A DNA stretch of 64,000 nucleotides, taken from contig OX442314.1 of assembly GCA_949358305.1 (NCBI GenBank), forward strand, positions 2,108,001-2,172,000, read 5' to 3'. Shown piece by piece: positions 37,172-48,800 of the stretch. How positions within the stretch are numbered: position 1 is the first letter of the stretch; each line of letters starts with the position of its first letter. This DNA comes from Strigamia acuminata. Lineage: Eukaryota. Position numbers and translations under genes: made by a program. The notes under the pieces were generated by a model that was not told where the DNA came from, did not search any database, and saw only the letters and a program-made list of their open reading frames with translations.

Positions 37172-37189
37172 ATCTCGGTAGAACCTCCA
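37172..37189 (-). other. Primer binding site complementary to tRNA-Gln
   Basis: TGGAGGTTCTACCGAGAT, 2 nt after the 5' LTR; its complement ATCTCGGTAGAACCTCCA matches the metazoan tRNA-Gln 3' end as I recall it. Confidence 0.85.
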
Positions 37190-37191
37190 CT

Positions 37192-38750
37192 TGTGACGAT
37201 TCTACTTTTGGCTGAATAATTAGCCATTACAAGAGATAAATCGGTTTAGACAAGACATTTCTACAACTAGAAATAACCTAACCGAGATAAGCTACGGAAG
37301 TCTGTACAACGTGAATATGTGATCAAATATAACAACTTACGATTTTGTGTGATATAATTTACATGTTTATTAACATTACAACTGGAGTTGGGGTTCTGGA
37401 TAAGTGTAACGGCGGCTACACTGGTTGAGGTTCCGGGCGATGCTGTTCGAGTGGTGCGGCTGACTTTGCGGCATCGTCACAGTTAGCGCTACGGAGACGT
37501 ATTCGGTCCCGCAGCTCGGATATCTATTAATACGAAGAATCCTTCGTATTTGGTCGGGAATATTCATTAGAATATTCCGTATTCAAATCATCAAAACATT
37601 ATTAGTGTAATATAACAAATGAATTGTTATATTGTTATTCTATGGGCGGGGACAGTCACGACAGTCGAGGGAACCATCGCGGGAGTTGTTGAAGCTCCAT
37701 CCGCCAGCATGCCTTACGACGACAAGATCTCGTGATCAGGCGCCGGGTATTTGTTTTCTGCGACGAGTCGCTTTCAGTGGTACCAACCACTGGGTAAACA
37801 GTTCCTGGGGGACTACCAGATCGGCATTACCAATACCCGAGTGTTTGTTTAGCGCAAGGTATGAATGCAATTGCTCACGGGCCACCAACCCGGTGCGTCG
37901 CCTGTGAATAAGGCTTTTACCGACCTCGGACAAGTCTTGCCCACTTAACGGAAGGGCCAATGCACTGCATCGGAACCCTGGGAAAACAGTTTGCCCGTAT
38001 TTGTTTGACGGGTTTGACTTCCCGTATATGTGCTCTGGCAGAGCATCTGACCTATGATCGGAGAATCGCGCAGATAGATGCGACTATCACCGATCATATA
38101 ATTTGATATTTGTTTAACAGGTTAATCAATCCCGTGCATGAGCGATATACTACGCCACCGTATGAAATCCTACTGTCCCTTAGAACAGCCGGCTAACACT
38201 ACGGGGCCATTTCATGTGTGAAACATGTCTACAAGGTTAGCCTTCCCAGATGGGCCCTACAACAAGCAATAACACGATAGTAATAATACATATCCATTGA
38301 GAGCTGAGGAGGCCCGATGTGTCGTGAGAGAAAGTGAGATCATACGATAACAACAATGCAATACAACAATATTCATTCAAGCCAAGCGGGGAGCTCGTGA
38401 GAACCAGAGCTTATATGGTTCTAGAGAACAATCAGATTGGCGACAGCCAATCAGGTGTCTGAATCGATGGATTCGTGGATCACTAGTCCGGACCTAATAT
38501 TGAACTGGGTCCCGAAGAGTCCGATTGGTCATCTTCAACAGGTAAGTAAAACCGGATATTGATTCGATAGAATCAATATCTCAAGTAAATAATACTTAGC
38601 TTAGTCCAATAAAATACTGTATATTTTATTCGCAACGTTATATTAATTCTTTAATATAACTCGCAACTTTATCGAGTTTAAACTGCGCGCGTTAGACAAA
38701 CAGCGCCATCTAGTGTGAACATTGGATAATACGGTTTTATAACCGTCACA
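37192..38750 (-). repeat. 5' LTR of copy 1 (type A)
   Basis: Direct repeat of 24722-26280; only difference spotted is 25920 A vs 38390 G. Confidence 0.97.
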
Positions 38751-39045
38751 CATGTTCGTGGAGAAATGCTGAAGAATATTTTGAGTTTTTGGGACGAAAG
38801 TGTTTGCAAGCCAGAGGCGTGGGACATTGGTCTGTTTGTACAGTCGAGGACAAAAAAAACTTTCCGTCAGTTTAGCTGTTTTCAGTTTATCTATCATTAT
38901 TTGCCCGGTCTATCTTTTAACACTGTTGTCAGGGCAAGACGAGAGACCCGGTCAAGATTGATGTCTGCACACAAAGGGCTGGAACGACTGACGTTTTTAA
39001 TTTTGATTTTTTTTTTAGAGTTGTGGCCACAAGTTGAAGATGAGT
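38751..39045 (+). pseudogene. LRR gene family copy 5, first exon split by copy 1 (left part ~24690-24721)
   Basis: Rejoined flanks TTGTTTGATTCAGCTCGAAATG|TTCGTGGAG match TTGTTTGATTTAGCTCGTAATGTTCGTGAAG at ~17794; SFWDESVCKPEAWDIGLFV. Confidence 0.8.
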
Positions 39046-39735
39046 AGAGAAAGAGAACTAAGTCGACACAGTTTTGTTATTGTGTTCTTAATCTGGATGG
39101 TGAAGATTGTGTTGGATTGAAGTATGAGACGATGCTTACTTGGTGAGCATATTAGCATAAGTGATTTTAATGGGGTTCAAAAGTTACACAGGTGGCGCTG
39201 CGCAAAGGTAGCGTCAAAAATCAACAGGTGATACATAACTAAAGGATGGAGAATGACACTCCATTTGTCTTCACCTGAAATTGAAGAGCCTAGAAATTTT
39301 GTCCCCTAAACTTCTATTTCTGTCAGTAGAAGCAACTACTACTGCAACAAAAATAATAAGAGATAAACCACCAATTACTACTGCAGCCAGAACAGTAAGA
39401 ACTGCAAAAACACCAAAACAAATTTGAAATAAATGGCAGGCATTTCCTGAAGAACTATCACCAAACTTAACTAAAACTAAAAGAAAGGTCAACAGTGTAC
39501 CTCAAGTAAGAATACCATCAAAATTATACACAACATTAGATGAGAATTGTTTAAAGCCAAATAAAGATAGTGTATACACACGTTAATTGATCATTTTTGG
39601 TTCCAAGGGTTACTGAACAAGTTTTGGTATAATATTAAGTCTACACAACTATTGACAGACATGGCATATTTACTTTTAATTTTGAAATACAAAAAAAAAT
39701 CGATTTAATGCAGATACGCAACCTCTGACAACGCG

Positions 39736-41600
39736 TTAGTCGCCGACGTCGCCGTCATCGTCGCTCCAATCGTCGCCATCATCGTCGCCATCATCGTTGC
39801 TCAAATCGTCGCCGTCGTCGTCGCCGTCGCCGTCATCGTCGCTGTCATCGTCGCTATCATCATCGGGACACCGAAGGAATTCTAGCTGCAGCTTCACCCT
39901 GTGTCTCTCAGCGGTTTTCTGCATCGCATCAGCATCGAAATGCAGTTTTCTCAACTCATTAACTCGCAATTTCACATCCAACTTGACCAGAGAACCGATT
40001 TTAAACAAATCCTCAATCGCTGACGGTCCTAACAAATTACAGAAAGAAATTTTCAAGCATTTGAGTTTCTTCTTCGCCATAAACTCAGCAAACTCGCGTG
40101 CTATTTTATTGCTGAAACCGCAGCAATCGCGAAATTCAAGCTTCTCCAGATTCGGACTCATGTCCAACACCTGAAAAAAATAACCGCAAGAAACCCAAAC
40201 ATCGAAGGGATCCTCCATAACAAATTCAACTAAATTCTTCAAATACAAATTTTGCAAACTGAGTCGATCAACTAAATCATTTCTGTCATCTTTGTGGAAA
40301 CACCACCTCCACATGAACGGGATGGCCCGAGTCATTCGAGCATACAAGAACGTTAACTCCTTGAATTTCGTCAAACTGAGCAACATTTCGAGGGTGAAAA
40401 CCTCCGAACGAATGAAGATGCTGCAAAGTTTGGGACACGTGAGCACGGCGATGTCCAGCTCATCTTCAATGGAGTCATCGGGGACCGAGAAACACAATTT
40501 TCTCAGCTGATATTGCTGTGGTGACTAGTCAAGTGGCAACAGTGCCTTGAGCCATCTACTGGAATATAAAAGTCCCATTTCTTCGATGACATTGTTTTCA
40601 ATACAAAGCAGCGGCAGTACCGTGAAATGTTCTCACCTTGAAATTCGAATACTTGCAAGGTCTTTCTGAGTCCGGAATCTTCTACGCACAGTTTTCTCAC
40701 AAAAACTTGTGTGGTTCCGATGATACAAAGCTCAACGAGTGACAGCTGGGCGATGTGTATGGCCGCGTCGTCTTCAACGACACGACACCGTCGGAAATGT
40801 GAAGTTTCTGTAGATTTTGCATTATACGGCACATTTCTTTGCAAGCACTGGCTGTGAGAACTTTTCCTGGGCAGATCTAACTCTGTCAGATTCTGTGTGA
40901 TAAATACAATTAGAAGAATTAAAACACATGTGTCGCACATTTTCCTTTAATGTGCACGCAAATTTTACGGACAAAATACATGTTACAACAGAAAAATTCA
41001 CGGATAAAGCATTTTTGTCTGAAAACACTATTTTTTTTCTTAGAATATTGCTTTTTTTCTGCAAATCCATTTTTTTTTACCTCAAAATGCATTTTTCTGT
41101 TCGCAAATGCATTTTTATCTGTTTGCAAATGCAGTTTTTCATTTCCAAATGCATTTTTTTCATTTCCAAATGCATTTTTTTCATTTGCAAATACATTTTT
41201 TCATTTGAAAATGCATTTAACTGTCTGCATAAGCACTTTTTGGGCTCGAAAATACACTTTTTGCTTAAAAAAAAAGGGTCATTTCTAAATTTTTATTATT
41301 TAGTCTATTTTTCATCGAATTTAATAATTTATCGTCTTTTGTGATATTTTTCGTCTTTATTAACAATAAATTCATTTCCGTCAATGTCAGTTCTCTTTTG
41401 CTACTCACTTTCAACTTGTGGCCACTAATTACAAGTAAAAATTCAAAATCAAAATTTGGACTGGAAAACCCCATCTTAAGTTCGTGCTGCTGATTGTATA
41501 GAAATTTTAAATTATCAAAAAAAAAAGTCAAATCTCTGGCGATGCACACACTATCAAGACACCATTGCAAATGGCCTCTTGTGACTTCTGTAAAGTGGAA
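39736..41600 (-). pseudogene. LRR gene family copy 6, inverted, frameshifted, Asp-rich tail
   Basis: DSIEDELDIAVLTCPKL, SPNLEKLEF, VEDDAAIHIAQLSL, SPNFDFEFL...GHKLK. Confidence 0.7.
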
Positions 41601-41809
41601 CAAACGATTTCATATTCCTAGCTCAAGGGACACATGACACATGACACATAACAGATGGCTTACTATAAGAGATATTAGAAAAACAGCCCTTTCCTCTTTT
41701 CTTTTTTCCCCTCTCGATTTTTTTCCAATTATCAAATAAAAAGTGCAATTAAAACAAATATCAACTTCACTTCTTACCCACTAACCCAACGGGGAATTCG
41801 GGAGTGGCT

Positions 41810-42096
41810 TTTCCATCCTTTCGGAAGTCCATAAGGGAAAGACCAACCTTGCCTTTATTTCAGGTAGGATGTATTCCGATAAGTATTAAGATGTGTTTAA
41901 TTCTTATTTAAAGCCCTGGATGATAAGAATTGCTGGACAAAAGGCCATCTTTCAACAGGTAATGCTCCCATCCATGTATTCAAGGCAACATTGTTGGGAA
42001 GAAATTGATCAAACGGTTCTTCAAAAACTAATTGATGGGATGAAAGATCGAATTTATAGACTAATTAAACATAAGGGAGGTTTCACAGGGTATTGA
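41810..42096 (+). mobile_element. Tc1/mariner transposase C-terminal relic
   Basis: GKTNLAFISGRM...IFQQ...WEEIDQTVLQKLIDGMKDRIYRLIKHKGGFTGY, with stops and a deletion. Confidence 0.75.
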
Positions 42097-42839
42097 AAAG
42101 GTATAAATCTGCAATTTTCACAATGAGTGATAATAATATTGTGCAAGTAAAAACCGTGATAATATTTTTGGGAGCACCTTATTCGTGTCATATTTATCGT
42201 AAGTCTATTATTCAGTACAGTTTGTAGTGACCCTAGTGGTCACTAGATGAAGAACAGAAATGTGTCTGGAAATATTTTATATATTTCATATTTTTATTTG
42301 AGTTTATTTTTTATGCTACTTGAGGAAAAAGTAGCTTGGAGAAACATGAGGGTGGTTGCCAGGGCAACCAGCCCGTCAGCTGTTTCCAAACAGGAAATGC
42401 GTCCTGATAAAGAGGAAAAACAGCAGTCTGAAACCAACTTTGAGCAAAACAAGTCATGAAAATTTACCCTGGAAAACCTAGAATTCTTCAAGTAGATTTT
42501 GTGATGTTTGTCTGAGTATTGAGACTTTTTCTTGCAATTACCAAAGTAATTGTGAGATATTCTTGCTGTTGTCAAGTTAAAACAACAAAAGTCCTAAGAA
42601 AAACAGCTTCATGATGGATGAATTGGATCGGAAGGAGTGTGAGAGTGAAACCTTTGACGAACTCGGTTCAATTCAGCCACGCCTTTGACTAATGATAGAG
42701 CTCGGTTCCGCTCGCATATTCACACCCTCGCTAATCAGTTTGAGCGAGTCCTTCGAAGAAATCGTATCCAAATATTTTTGCTTGAGATACGCCGACTATG
42801 AAGAAAATTTGAAGCCAAACGAATGATTGGTAGCGATTA

Positions 42840-45800
42840 TTATTGAGCATTTTGCATGCGATATATAACGGATTGAGAAACAATCCAAATGTAATCCTTA
42901 CTGGTTAGTCCCAGAGTGTTGGCCACTTTAAAAATGTTCGTAGCTTCGAATTGATTAGCGTATAAAAGTTGTACTCGCGACTCGGAATTGAGTAACTCGC
43001 TGCTTAATTTTGCATTTAGATCGTCTAAATCAAAAGAGAAGAAAAAATGATAATATTTCAATCAGAAATGATTAAATCGCCCGGAACTTACTTATCGTCT
43101 TTCACAAGCATTTCATTCACCGCTAATTCGAACTGCTTCCGACCCGGTATGTCGGAGACAAGCACTGAAAATTGCTTCCAATTATACCTGCAGTTATTCA
43201 AAATACACAATAAAAAATAAATTTAAAAAAAAAAATTTTTCTTCATCTCTTATTCTTCTTTTCACTAAAATCTCATTAGTTATTACCTCTTTAAAATGCT
43301 AAACATGGCCTCGCATTGATGTCGGATGGATGGTGAAAGTTGGAGTAACAGAGAGGACGGATGTTTCTGTAATTTCATCCGAAAAATAAATATTTATTTT
43401 AAAATCCAAAAAAAAAAATTCAATTTAAAACTTCAAAAATTTAAAACAAGAAAACTCGTTTGTTTACATTCCACAAAATTAAACCCAACGAAGCGTGTGA
43501 TGCTCGGATGTATTCAAATGTAAATTGTTGAGAGATGAGGAAGCAGCCATTCGTTAGGTGAGAACTTGTGACGATTCTACTTTTGGCTGAATAATTAGCC
43601 ATTACAAGAGATAAATCGGTTTAGACAAGACATTTCTACAACTAGAAATAACCTAACCGAGATAAGCTACGGAAGTCTGTACAACGTGAATATGTGATCA
43701 AATATAACAACTTACGATTTTGTGTGATATAATTTACATGTTTATTAACATTACAACTGGAGTTGGGGTTCTGGATAAGTGTAACGGCGGCTACACTGGT
43801 TGAGGTTCCGGGCGATGCTGTTCGAGTGGTGCGGCTGACTTTGCGGCATCGTCACAGTTAGCGCTACGGAGACGTATTCGGTCCCGCAGCTCGGATATCT
43901 ATTAATACGAAGAATCCTTCGTATTTGGTCGGGAATATTCATTAGAATATTCCGTATTCAAATCATCAAAACATTATTAGTGTAATATAACAAATGAATT
44001 GTTATATTGTTATTCTATGGGCGGGGACAGTCACGACAGTCGAGGGAACCATCGCGGGAGTTGTTGAAGCTCCATCCGCCAGCATGCCTTACGACGACAA
44101 GATCTCGTGATCAGGCGCCGGGTATTTGTTTTCTGCGACGAGTCGCTTTCAGTGGTACCAACCACTGGGTAAACAGTTCCTGGGGGACTACCAGATCGGC
44201 ATTACCAATACCCGAGTGTTTGTTTAGCGCAAGGTATGAATGCAATTGCTCACGGGCCACCAACCCGGTGCGTCGCCTGTGAATAAGGCTTTTACCGACC
44301 TCGGACAAGTCTTGCCCACTTAACGGAAGGGCCAATGCACTGCATCGGAACCCTGGGAAAACAGTTTGCCCATATTTGTTAAACGAGTTCGACTTCTCGT
44401 ATATGTGCTCTGGCAGAGCATCTGACCTATGATCGGAGAATCTCGCAAATAGATGCGACTATCACCGATCATATAATTTGACATTTGTTTAACGGGTTAG
44501 TCATTCCCGTGCATGAGCGATATACTAAGCCACCGTATGAAATCCTACTGTCCCTTAGAACAGCTGGCTAACACTACGGGGCCATTTCATGTGTGAAACA
44601 TGTCTATTACCGGAGTTAGCCTTCCCGAAAGGGCCCTACAACAAGCAATAACAAACTAGTAATAATACTATTTGTGGAGAGCTGAGGAGGCCTGATGTGT
44701 CGATAAAGAAAGTGAGATCCAACGATAACAACTTATCAATACAAACAATATAAACATATTCAGAATCAAGCCAAGCGGGGAGCTCGTGAGAACCAGAGCT
44801 TATATGGTTCTAGAGAACAATCAGATTGGCGACAGCCAATCAGGTGTCTGAATCGATGGATTCGTGGATCACTAGTCCGGACCTAATATTGAACTGGGTC
44901 CCGAAGAGTCCGATTGGTCATCTTCAACAGGTAAGTAAAACCGGATATTGATTCGATAGAATCAATATCTCAAGTAAATAATACTTAGCTTAGTCCAATA
45001 AAATACTGTATATTTTATTCGCAACGTTATATTAATTCTTTAATATAACTCGCAACTTTATCGAGTTTAAACTGCGCGCGTTAGACAAACAGCGCCATCT
45101 AGTGTGAACATTGGATAATACGGTTTTATAACCGTCACACATCCCCCGGTGACAAGCATAGAGTTTCCAACTCTTTAATTGTCATTCTTAATATCTTAAG
45201 AAATGTTCACCAAATTCTATTGAATTGTTAGACTCAACTCGTACTCTTTTTTAATTTATTTAAAATTAATCAACTACTTTCTTTCAGGAACAGCGTAGAC
45301 GATTAGACTAATCGGCTTTCCCGCACAGCACATCTCCCGGTTGCCAAGCAACGAAATGAACTCGTCCGAACTCGTTCTCATGTTCGACAGCGCGGATTTC
45401 AAAGGAAATCTTAACTTCTCTGATCAAAATAAATTTCTCCGTAGTTTATATAATTCAGATGAGACATTAAATAAATTTATGCAAATTTTATTTATCAAAT
45501 CTAAACTACGAATCATTCTTTATTACGGTTGTTATAAAAATGAAAACTGACTTCAACTCGAAGTCTTTTAAAACTTTGATCAAAGTGAAAACAAAACACA
45601 CAAATCTTTATGTAATTCAACCACATCTAATTATGAAAATAATCAAGATCAACAACATAAATTGAATTCAAACTTGAATCCAATTTTCAAAATTAACTTA
45701 TTCTTAGGAATATTAATAATTAGCTCAAAAATCTTCAAACATTTAAACAAATTATTCTTAATTCGGAAATAAACGAAATCACACTTGAAAACACAACAAA

Positions 45801-48800
45801 CAACACTTGGCATATTTTAAATTTAAAATATCCACTCGGAAAAAAAAATGTTTTACTTCTATTCTTTCTTCTCGACGTTGGTCGACTTCTCAACAGGTTT
45901 CTCGACTTCAGTCGAGGTTAGGAAATCTGAAGATTCTTCAGTTGCCTCAGTGGAGGCGGCGGAAAATACTGCTTCCTCGGGTTTTTCCACTTCCGCCGGA
46001 CTCGGCGGAGGGAACGGCAAATCTTCAAAAAGATCAGCCACGAAGTCGACGATAGAAATCGGATTCTCCTCGGCATCCTCGTACTTCGACTCGTCGGAAA
46101 CATCCGACTTGGCCACTGGAGGAACCTCCGGTTTTTTACCTTGCTCCGACACAATCTTCTGGAGCCGACGGGCTCGTCCTCGAGCGACGATGTTTTGTCG
46201 CTGCTCCTGGGCAATTGCTTTAGCTCTGTCCAGTGTAAGGCATCCTCGCCCACGAGACATGGTTCTCGGACGAGTTACCACTTCTTCCTCGACGCTCTCA
46301 ACCTCTTGCACCGTTTCGTCCGAAACTTCGGATACATTCGACGAAGGTGGGTGTCGAAAGGCTTCGACCGTCAGTCCTGCATTGGCAGCGGCTCTTTCCT
46401 TCGTGAGGAACCTGGGGTCGATGTAAACGGCTTCTCCTCGAGCGTTGAGAAACACGCGACAAATTGGGCAGTGAGCCCAACATCTCTTCTCGTTGGGCTT
46501 CATCCCCTTCACGACATGGGGTTCCACCTCCTTGCGCCAGGGCTCTGAGCGCGGTCGCACCTTCGTGCCTCGGCAGTTGGGGCATCTCATAAGAGAAGAG
46601 CCGGCGGAAGCACCGCAACACCAACCACAACCAACACAAAATGGACAGATGGTCTCCGTCGCTTGGTCGGTGACAATATTGTCGTGGGGAATTCCCTGCG
46701 CAATATCCCGCGCACACTGCTCACGGCGCTTTTGGGCCGCCTCGTCCTTCTTCTTGGCTTTATAAGCCATGCGCTGCGCGTTGGGACGGGTCGTCGACGC
46801 GGGTAGCCGAAAAGCTCCTGGCGGAGGTTCCGTCCATCCAGACGAAGAGGCAGACGACTCTGCTCCGGCGGGAATCCATCCTGGATTCGCAGCTACAGTG
46901 GTAACTGGGGCACTAACAACGGAAGTATTCGCGACGATTGGCGGAACACTTGCTACGGGTGGCTGGAACACTGGCGTGTGTGGAGCCAACGGGACACTGA
47001 TGACGTTAGTCGGTGGGTGTACCACTTGCGCGAGCGGGGCCAACTGGGCCACTGGAACTGTCAGCTGCGCACCTATTCCAGGAAAGACTTCCGTTGGCAA
47101 TGGAGCATTTGCTTGCATGTCGGGCGGAAGACATTCCGGGTGCGAGCCAATCCAATTCAGCGCGGCCAATTGAAGCGGCGTCAGGTTGAACGTCGGCACA
47201 GGTGCAATTTGTTGCAACCTCATCAAATTCCGTTCGGCGGAACGACGCTGTTCTCCCTCCGTTGAGGTGGACGAGCTGGAGCTGGAACTTCGTCGATGCC
47301 GACGATGACTGCGTTTAGAATGATGTTTATTCGAACCCATTCTAAACAAATAAATCATTTATTAAAATAATTTTCACTTCAAACTCCCAAAATTCTTTGT
47401 ATTCAAAAAAATTGTAAACTACGTTCGTAACAACTTCGTGTAAACCGAGTTATTTATAACTTGTATCACATGGCACTTAATGACTCATGTCCCCTTGTGT
47501 TTCCGACAAGAGAATAGACTCGCCCGAAGGATTTTTTCAAAATCGCAACTTGTTGAGTTTTCTCTCGAAAATTCTTTTTAGCTATCTTTTCAATAGAAAT
47601 TCTAGTTCTGAATAATTAATTATTCCATTCCACGTGTGAGTGAAAAAAAAATAAAATACCGAATAAACTTCGGTTGAGAATTTATTACGAATAAAAATTA
47701 CCCAAGCCTCGACCGCGACTTAATTTAATTAGTGCTACTACGCTTAAGTTAACAAATACTTGTTTAAATTCAAGCCATCTAATTCATTCGATAGAATAAT
47801 TAATTTCCCCGCTAAATTAGCTAAGTCACGTTTATAACTACACGTGAATCTTTCCAAGTTTTAATCAAACTTTATCGGGACGCCGTATACAAGTGTTACG
47901 AATATTTTCACAACTTTTGACAAAGAATTCAAAATTTACTTACGTAACTATCGCTTTAGGAACTCCTAAATTTCTGTAACTCTCACTTAATGGATAAGTC
48001 CGTTCGTTTAAATCTTTCTCGACGTGCGAAGAAAAGGTAGAGACGAGTAGACCGGTGTCCACGTGTTGAAGTGTGTGTGTGCAATGAACCCTGGGATTTT
48101 TATCCCCTTTTAATCGGGTTCGAGGTTTAATCGCACTTCGATAATCACGTGTCTTCGTGAGAAGACGAGATCACTTGTTTCAAGTAAATCTTCGTATTTT
48201 TTAATAATAAAAAATACCTGCATATCTCAAATAAAGTCAATCAAAGAGATAATCTATCGAAACTAATCAATTCCGATACAAATTTATATTTTAATATAAA
48301 TCTGACGAAAATGTGTATTTATTATGTCCCCCGGTGTTGAGATTATAAATCTCTACACGAATTTAGACATGTAAATAAGCACACATCAAGTTTTAAATAA
48401 AACTTTATTAAATCCTAGGTAAACTTTGAGATTTTTATCTCATTGTTGGTAAGGCTTCTTAAATACTGCCGTAATATTTCGCACGAAATTTTCATCTGAA
48501 TATTTCGGATTTGGAACTCGTTCTCTTCGAGGACGCGTGCTAGTTCGTTCAACTAGTTTCTGGGGTTTACGTGGTTTGCGAGGAGGTTTCTTTAGAGGTT
48601 CTCCTCGTTCCACTGCTGCTTTCTTATCCACAGCAATTAATCGCTGTCGATGTCTATGTTTAGACTTTTCTTGTACAGATTTTTTAGTCTGTATTTGGGG
48701 CGATTCGGATAATTCCATCGGAACTTCCGTAGGAGTTTCAGGAATTATTTCCTTTTGAACAGGTGGTGACGGAAGTTCATTACTTTCGTCCATCCATTTA

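Larger units (their letters stand above)
24722..38750 (-). mobile_element. Full-length Ty3/Gypsy LTR retrotransposon, copy 1 (possibly Osvaldo/Ulysses-like)
   Basis: Two TG...CA LTRs, PBS, PPT, gag, pol in PR-RT-RH-IN order, ORF3. The clade is inferred only from the long LTRs and the ISAGLAEKRDGPW module. Confidence 0.97.

Noticed and set aside
40822..41344. F/K-rich ORFs
   Set aside because: Products of a degenerate intronic repeat.
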